A stretch of DNA of 32,000 nucleotides, from the NCBI RefSeq assembly GCF_042660085.1, contig NZ_JBHSTI010000008.1, positions 1,929,876 through 1,961,875 of the forward strand, given 5' to 3'. Below are positions 31,165-32,000 of this stretch, piece after piece (position 1 is the first letter of the stretch; each line of letters begins with the position of its first letter). The translations under genes and the position numbers were made by a program. The notes under the pieces were generated by a model. It was given only the letters and a program-made list of their open reading frames with translations. It made no database searches and had not been told where the DNA came from. Source of the stretch: Longivirga aurantiaca (GTDB lineage Bacteria; Actinomycetota; Actinomycetes; S36-B12; CAIYMF01).

Positions 31165-32000
31165 ATGAAGACCACCACGATCCCCCTGCTGACCGCCAAG
31201 CCCGTGCCGGTGATCGGCGTCGGTGCGATGCCGCTGTCGAACGCCCGCCCCGACGGCACGACGATGCCGCTCGAGGACGCCATCGCGGTCCTGCACCACG
31301 CGTTCGACGCCGGGCTGCGCCTCGTCGACACCGCCGACATCTACGCGCCCAGCGCGTCCGAGGTCGGGCACAACGAGCGCATCGTCGGTGAGGCCGTCCG
31401 CACCTGGTCGGGCGGCCGCGACCTCATCGTCGTCGTCACCAAGATCGGGATCACGCGTACGCCGGGCCCGCCCGAGAGCGAGTGGGGGCGCGACGGCTCG
31501 CGCGACTACCTGCTGCGAGCAGCCGAGGCCAGCGTGACCGCGCTCGGCTTCGAGCCCGACGTGATCATCAACCACCGCGTCAACCGCGCGCAGCAGCCGT
31601 ACGCCGAGACCGTGCGCGGCATGCTCGCCGTCCGCGACGCCGGCTTCGCACCGGCGATCGGCATCGGCAACATCAACCTCGCCGAGGCCCAGACTGCGTG
31701 GGAGGTCACGCAGGGCACGGTCGGCGCCGTCGAGAACGAGCGCAGCCCCCGCTACCGCGGCGACACCGACGTGTTCGAGTGGGCGATCGCGAACAACGTC
31801 GCGTTCTTCCCGTGGTCGCCGTTCGGCGGAGGCGACGACGCCAAGAACCTGCCGACGGCGTACCCCGAGTTCGCCGCCGTCGCGGCCGAGCTCACGGAAT
31901 CGACCGGCACCGAGGTGACCGCGCACGAGGTGGCGCTCGCGTGGCTCATCGCGCAGGGCCCGACCGTCGTGCCGATCCCGGGGTTCACCCGGTTCGCCAC
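31165..32000 (+). CDS. aldo/keto reductase, N-terminal 278 codons (3' end lies outside the window); absent from the supplied ORF track
   Basis: I translated frame 1 by hand from ATG 31165 (RBS GAGGTGG) to base 32000 and found no stop codon. The sequence reads MKTTTIPLLTAKPVPVIGVGAMPLS...LVDTADIYAPSASEVGHNERIVGEA...FFPWSPFGGG...ALAWLIAQGPTVVPIPG. G/C3 bias is high. Confidence 0.85.
   Translation, partial: MKTTTIPLLTAKPVPVIGVGAMPLSNARPDGTTMPLEDAIAVLHHAFDAGLRLVDTADIYAPSASEVGHNERIVGEAVRTWSGGRDLIVVVTKIGITRTPGPPESEWGRDGSRDYLLRAAEASVTALGFEPDVIINHRVNRAQQPYAETVRGMLAVRDAGFAPAIGIGNINLAEAQTAWEVTQGTVGAVENERSPRYRGDTDVFEWAIANNVAFFPWSPFGGGDDAKNLPTAYPEFAAVAAELTESTGTEVTAHEVALAWLIAQGPTVVPIPGFTRFA

Noticed and set aside
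1-32000. Searched by eye for tRNA/rRNA signatures (for example GGTTCGAATCC T-loops), CRISPR-like spaced repeats, transposase or integrase genes, toxin-antitoxin pairs and defence-system hallmarks.
   Set aside because: None found. The only GAATCC-type match (9055-9063) is part of the cobalamin riboswitch core. Gene content and synteny indicate a core metabolic and housekeeping region rather than an accessory island.

Overview
This is a very GC-rich actinobacterial chromosomal segment. G/C third-codon-position bias is strong, so the ORF track holds many long spurious out-of-frame ORFs. I support about 31 protein-coding genes, one riboswitch, several hairpin terminators and one dispersed palindromic repeat. 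I saw no tRNA, rRNA, CRISPR array, transposase or integrase.

Left part (1-8.9 kb): the 3' end of nadA and a phage-shock (Psp) envelope-stress neighbourhood. That neighbourhood holds a PspAB-like gene, a DUF3105 lipoprotein, htpX, pspAA and pspA. After it come an orphan secreted protein, a DUF3043 membrane protein, an aldo/keto reductase with a coupled small ORF, and an HMA / DsbD_2(TauE-like) / cupredoxin fusion membrane protein.

Centre (9.0-18.6 kb): a cobalamin riboswitch with a terminator-type expression platform. It is followed by eight genes joined by start/stop overlaps: two secreted, C-terminally anchored proteins, ECF T component, fused double ATPase, S component, a PhnP/PqqB-like metallo-beta-lactamase (MBL) fused to CobU, cobT and cobS.

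Right part: a small membrane protein, gcvT, pepA, an RBBP9/YdeN-type hydrolase, lpdA, sucB, an SRPBCC protein, a TIGR01777 oxidoreductase, a membrane pseudokinase, an FAD oxidoreductase, an S51 peptidase and a second aldo/keto reductase that is missing from the ORF track.

From memory, the order cobT-cobS ... gcvT-pepA ... sucB-TIGR01777 resembles the M. tuberculosis Rv2207-Rv2216 region. This looks like core chromosome rather than an island.

The best candidate for something not yet described is inside the B12-riboswitch operon. First, an alpha/alpha-toroid surface protein and a DUF4430-like surface protein could together act as a split transcobalamin-like corrinoid catcher. Second, the MBL-CobU fusion could be a new corrinoid-remodelling phosphodiesterase or the missing loop phosphatase.

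All functional calls rest on motif recognition by eye; no database search was run.
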